A stretch of DNA of 64,000 bases from contig JAHQWG010000016.1 of the NCBI GenBank assembly GCA_029856045.1, positions 32,001 to 96,000 on the forward strand. Direction: 5' to 3'. The stretch comes from Promethearchaeia archaeon. Lineage in GTDB: Archaea; Asgardarchaeota; Lokiarchaeia; Sigyniarchaeales; SOKP01. Under the pieces are notes generated by a model. It searched no databases. It saw only the letters and a list, made by a program, of their open reading frames with translations, and was not told the origin of the DNA. Each line of letters starts with the position of its first letter. The first letter of the stretch is position 1. A program made the translations under genes and the position numbers. This document shows, piece by piece, positions 59,911 through 64,000 of this stretch.

Positions 59911-60349
59911 TCCTCCATTTCTTTAGGATTTAAACGATCCCAAGATTAAACTAATTGTTTTATTAATCAACAAATTTAATTAAACTAATTTTATTCTTTT
60001 TAAAAAAATAAAATATATAGAAAAAGTAATAGGTTAGCAATTATTATTTATATAAGTAATAAAAAATAATTTTCAATATTTTCTCCATTTAAAATGTCTG
60101 ATAAAGATTTAGAAACTCTTATATTCAAAATCGCACTTGATAATGCATTAAATTATAGGGGAAAAACAAGAGAAAAAAATATACTTTCAAAATTATTGGG
60201 ATTGATACAAGAAAAAAATAAATCAATTTAATCTTTGTTTAAAATGATAATACTCTCGGTACCTTGTTTTCACGGGAAGACCCTTCACTTCTCAAAATTT
60301 ATAATTTATAATTATTAAATTAAAAATAATAGATCTCTTAATATTTTAT

Positions 60350-60892
60350 ATGAATCAATCTTCAAAAACTGAACCTAAACAGAGTTTACTTAAAAATAAA
60401 TCTTTTATCGCTGAAACAATCTATCTCATTATTATTATCATAATCATGGCATTAATTTTTCTTGATTTTATTGATACGGGATTTTTCCTCGGTCCATTAC
60501 GCTTTTCCCATTGGATGGGAATAATAGGAACCTTTTTTATCATGGTTTTTGCACCATTCTTTTATGTCATGAAACGTCGTTATCCCAAACGATATAAAAT
60601 TTTGTTGAATATCCATGTATTTGGATTTACTACTTCTTTTCTACTTGTGTCCATCCATTTTGCCGGACAACTGAGTCGTCCATTACAATTTTATCCGGAT
60701 CTAGGAGCTGGATTAGCACTATATATTATTGTAGCCGTCCTTGTTGGCACGGGGTATTTGTTTAGATATCATCTCTTTAAATCGAAAAGTGGAAAAATTC
60801 GCCCTCATTTTAGCAGGTGGTTACACGTTAGTCTGATAAGTGGATTATACATTGTAATGATCATTCACGTTGTATTAAACTTTCCAATTTAA
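60350..60892 (+). CDS. Membrane protein with intramembrane histidines (cytochrome b / ferric reductase-like)
   Basis: About 5 TM helices; FSHWMG, NIHVFG, SIHFAG, WLHV, IIHV. Heme binding is inference. Confidence 0.55.
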   Translation: MNQSSKTEPKQSLLKNKSFIAETIYLIIIIIIMALIFLDFIDTGFFLGPLRFSHWMGIIGTFFIMVFAPFFYVMKRRYPKRYKILLNIHVFGFTTSFLLVSIHFAGQLSRPLQFYPDLGAGLALYIIVAVLVGTGYLFRYHLFKSKSGKIRPHFSRWLHVSLISGLYIVMIIHVVLNFPI

Positions 60893-61039
60893 TTCAATAT
60901 CTAAAAAAACATTAAGAAATAGGATCTCCCCATAGAATTTTATTTTATTTTTTCTTTAGACAACGGGTGCAACCACAAAATGCAGCTCGTAAAAAACAAA
61001 AGCAAAAATCAAAGAAATGCTAAAATCCAAGGTTCAAAT

Positions 61040-61642
61040 TTAGACCCTTAGCGAGCCACGGAACCCCCTAACGCCATAGAAAGAGGGCGCACTGTTATGA
61101 AACACGAAGACATGACCGTAGCGACGATCAACAAAGATGGCGCCGCCTAGTTTTCTAATATCAGAAGGCGTTTTCACCCAGCTCGACGTCTTCGTATCGA
61201 AATTTCCAAGTTTCTGCAACTCTCGATATTGTCCTTCCGTTAAAAGCTCAATGCCCATGGCAGCTGCCATATCAATAGCGTTACCTTCTGGATGCACCCC
61301 TCGCTTTTCCTTCGCCTCCTGCCCTTCACGGTCGTAACAAACATTTCTGCGGCCTTTAGGACTTTCCGCTGAACAATCATAAAAAATGTATTCGCCCGTC
61401 TTTTTATCATGATCAAAAACATCTGGTTCACCGCCAGTTCTTTCCATTTCATTGAGTGACCACAGTTTTTCAGTATTAGCTTCCAGCTTTGCTTGTACTT
61501 TAGCCCATTCAAGAACTTTATGGCGGTTCATGTTTTTCTCAAAACGGGCTTTCAATGCTCTGAGTAGTTCTTCACGTTGTTCTGGTGACAACTCTTTTTT
61601 GAATGCAGTAAATGATGGCTTGCGCATAATCATAGTATTCAT
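61040..61642 (-). CDS. DUF4256 family protein (bacterial-like)
   Basis: RFEKNMNRH, SLNEMERTGGEPDV, DCSAESPKGRR.CYD, FDTKTSSW, GFRGSLRV; visibly more GC-rich than its flanks. Confidence 0.85.
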   Translation of the reverse strand: MNTMIMRKPSFTAFKKELSPEQREELLRALKARFEKNMNRHKVLEWAKVQAKLEANTEKLWSLNEMERTGGEPDVFDHDKKTGEYIFYDCSAESPKGRRNVCYDREGQEAKEKRGVHPEGNAIDMAAAMGIELLTEGQYRELQKLGNFDTKTSSWVKTPSDIRKLGGAIFVDRRYGHVFVFHNSAPSFYGVRGFRGSLRV

Positions 61643-62035
61643 CCTGAGTTTATAAAATTATCTAGGCAGGGAAGGACATTTTTTGTCCTAATTGCGGTGA
61701 AAAATTAGAAAACAATCGATTACTAAGATGGAACAATAATTGAACAAATATATCAACCAATTAAAGAATTATTTTAAATATGTTATTAATTATGGTGTTC
61801 CAAGAGACCGAAAAATCAGACCAAGTTGTCTAGTTTTCGAAAATACTTTTTATTAATTTGCACGAATAATTCAAGTGGAGCTTACTTTTTTCTACAAACC
61901 CATTTTGATTAAGGATAAAAGAGGTAACTAATATCAAACTGATATTAAGGTTGCTTGAATTTTAAATCTGGACAAAAATATTACCGAGCTTTCATATTAA
62001 GTGTAGGAATGATTTTTTCCAATTTTTGGAATAAA

Positions 62036-62056
62036 GTGATATCACTGTGATATCAC
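62036..62056. other. 21-bp double palindrome, right copy
   Basis: GTGATATCAC-T-GTGATATCAC, 7 bp from the tRNA 3' end. Confidence 0.9.
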
Positions 62057-62063
62057 AAAAAGA

Positions 62064-62135
62064 TGGACCTGACGGGAATCGAACCCGTGACCTCTTGAAT
62101 GCGAATCAAGCGATCTTCCTCTGATCTACAGGCCC
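62064..62135 (-). tRNA. tRNA-Ala(CGC), intronless, CCA not encoded
   Basis: Reverse complement GGGCCTGTAGATCAGAGGAAGATCGCTTGATTCGCATTCAAGAGGTCACGGGTTCGATTCCCGTCAGGTCCA: G3-U70 pair, anticodon arm CTTGA-TTCGCAT-TCAAG, TTCGA T-loop. Confidence 0.95.
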
Positions 62136-62360
62136 TTATTTTAGACAATTACTATGAGGAAATGAATTTCTACTAATTCTTTTTAAATTACTAAATAATA
62201 TTTTTAGATCTTCTTAATCGATAGCAACTTTTAATTTATATTTAATATTTAGAATCATCAAAAATAAATAATTTTGATGTATTCTGATTATATACATTTA
62301 TACATAAAAAAGAAAATTGCAAAACTTAACTAGTAATTGAATTAATTTGGCTAAAATATA

Positions 62361-64000
62361 ATGTTGGAGAAAAATAACTTCCCTAAACGATATAATTTTT
62401 CAGAAATCGAAAAAAAATGGATAAAATACTGGAAAAAAGAAAATATATATAAATTTGATTTAAATAAAGCAGGACAAATATTTTCGATTGATACACCCCC
62501 CGATTTTACAAGTGGGGATTTGCATATGGGACATATATTGAATCATTCATGGATTGATTTTGTAGCACGATTTCGAAGAATGCAAGGAATTAATGTTTAT
62601 TTTCCTCAAGGTTATGATTGCCATGGTCTTCCAACAGAATTAGCGGTCGCGGAAGAATTTAAAATAGATAAATATGATAGAGAAAATTTTCTTAAAAAGT
62701 GCATTGAATGGACAGAATATTGCATAAAACGAATGACTAGGCAATTTGATGAATTAGGATATTCTACAGATTGGAATTATATTTATAGAACAATGGATAA
62801 TACGTATAAAAAGCAAGTTCAAGAATCTCTTTTGGATTTTTATGAGAAAGGTTGGCTATATCGTGCTAAACATCCTACACATTATTGCATGAACTGTCAG
62901 ACTTCTGTCGCTAAAGCAGAAGTAGGATATATGGATGAAGAGGCAAAAATTTGGGAAGTTAAATTACCTTTAGCAAATTATCCTGAAGAATACATCACTA
63001 TTGCGACGACTAGACCAGAATATATTGAAGCATGTGTAGGCATCTTTGTTCATCCGAATGATGAAAGGCATTATGATTTAATAGGAACTCAGATAAGAAT
63101 CCCATTTTCAGAGAGAATTGTTCGTGTTGAAGCAGATAAAGAAGTGGATATGAATTTTGGAACTGGAATTGTATATTTATGTACATTTGGAGATGAGATG
63201 GATATACGATTGCAGATGAGATATAATCTTCCAATCGTACAAATTTTTACTAAAGATGGTCACATGAATGAAAACTCAAAATTTCAAGGTTTGACAATTC
63301 TTAAAGCTCGTGAAAAAATTTTAGAAGAATTAGATAAAAAGGGATTATTAGTAAGTGAGAAAGAATATCAACATCGAATAATAGTCCATACAGAAAGATC
63401 TTCCTGTAAGCAACCAATTGAATATCTCCCAATACCTCAATGGTTTATTAAAGTTAAGGATTTCACGAGAGATATTATAGAATCTGGAGAAAAAATGAAA
63501 TGGTTTCCGGAAAAACATAAACAACGACTAATTGATTGGTGCGAAAGTTTAGATTGGGATTGGGTCGTTTCTAGGCAGAGAGTATTTGGAACACCTATAC
63601 CATTTTGGTATTGTAATGATTGTGGGGAAATTTTTTCCGCAAAAAGAGAAGATTTGCCCGTTGATCCAGCAAAAGAAGAGTCGCCTGTAAAAGAATGCAC
63701 TAAATGTAAGAGTAAAGATATTATTGGTGAAAAGGACGTTTTAGACTGTTGGATTGACTCAAGCATCACACCTCTGGTTATATCAAAATGGAAAATTGAT
63801 AATGCTTTCTTTAATAAGACATATATGAAAGCCCAAGTTCATAGACCACAAGGTTATGAAATTATCAGAACATGGCTATTTTATACATTATTTCGCTGTA
63901 AAAAATTAACAGGGAAAGATCCATTTGATGAGGTTATGATTAATGGGATGGTTGCAGGCCCTGATGGAAGAAAAATGTCTAAAAGTTTTGGTAATGTTGT
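62361..64000 (+). CDS. valS: Valine--tRNA ligase, partial (runs off window; absent from the ORF track)
   Basis: Manual translation MLEKNNFPKRYNFSEIEKKW...DTPPDFTSGDLHMGH...GYDCHGLP...IATTRPE...CTFGD...DWVVSRQR...KMSKSFGNV. Confidence 0.93.
   Translation, partial: MLEKNNFPKRYNFSEIEKKWIKYWKKENIYKFDLNKAGQIFSIDTPPDFTSGDLHMGHILNHSWIDFVARFRRMQGINVYFPQGYDCHGLPTELAVAEEFKIDKYDRENFLKKCIEWTEYCIKRMTRQFDELGYSTDWNYIYRTMDNTYKKQVQESLLDFYEKGWLYRAKHPTHYCMNCQTSVAKAEVGYMDEEAKIWEVKLPLANYPEEYITIATTRPEYIEACVGIFVHPNDERHYDLIGTQIRIPFSERIVRVEADKEVDMNFGTGIVYLCTFGDEMDIRLQMRYNLPIVQIFTKDGHMNENSKFQGLTILKAREKILEELDKKGLLVSEKEYQHRIIVHTERSSCKQPIEYLPIPQWFIKVKDFTRDIIESGEKMKWFPEKHKQRLIDWCESLDWDWVVSRQRVFGTPIPFWYCNDCGEIFSAKREDLPVDPAKEESPVKECTKCKSKDIIGEKDVLDCWIDSSITPLVISKWKIDNAFFNKTYMKAQVHRPQGYEIIRTWLFYTLFRCKKLTGKDPFDEVMINGMVAGPDGRKMSKSFGNV

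Larger units (their letters stand above)
59387..62081. mobile_element. ~2.7-kb tRNA-Ala-integrated islet without integrase
   Basis: 19-bp direct repeats at both ends, identical 21-bp palindromic motifs just inside both ends, heterogeneous cargo. Confidence 0.82.

Noticed and set aside
348-61655. Numerous 60-160-aa ORFs overlapping long genes (e.g. 5423-5896, 10411-10773, 28237-28623, 49380-49721)
   Set aside because: They are antisense or out-of-frame shadows of well-supported genes and carry no recognisable motifs.
61650-62030. Possible integrase remnant next to the tRNA
   Set aside because: The frames I translated gave only short, stop-interrupted peptides with no recognisable recombinase motif.
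63010-63769. Two minus-strand ORFs (74 and 110 aa)
   Set aside because: They are antisense shadows of valS, which the ORF track missed because it runs off the window.

Overview
AT-rich archaeal chromosome segment, most likely from an Asgard archaeon (Lokiarchaeia-like). The inference rests on Rab/Arf-like small GTPases and longin-like proteins occurring alongside MCM, GINS, Topo VI and geranylgeranyl reductase. Most of the window is housekeeping: glmS, a chimeric leuS, a lipS2-lipoate ligase-lipS1-cofE-nitroreductase-cofD operon, a 12-kb MoxR/DUF58/transglutaminase-like surface operon, HDAC, mcm, GINS, GH20, pyrE, top6AB, coaBC, tRNA-Ala(CGC) and a partial valS. Two accessory regions stand out. 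(1) A 7,514-bp element with no recognisable integrase (44746-52267) sits inside coaBC at an 8-bp core (ATATATGC). It supplies a recoded replacement for the last ~165 codons and leaves the other 3' half intact but orphaned. It encodes a small 2-TM protein, a membrane-anchored HerA/VirB4-like ATPase, and a 1129-aa protein with acidic repeats, six ~75-aa putative DNA-binding repeats and a PD-(D/E)xK-like C-terminal domain. This is the best candidate for an undescribed system. (2) Stacked islets at the tRNA-Ala 3' end, also without an integrase. Their att cores are flanked by palindromes centred exactly 18 bp away, and they carry small-GTPase fragments and a bacterial-like DUF4256 gene. All family assignments come from motif recognition by eye; no database searches were run.
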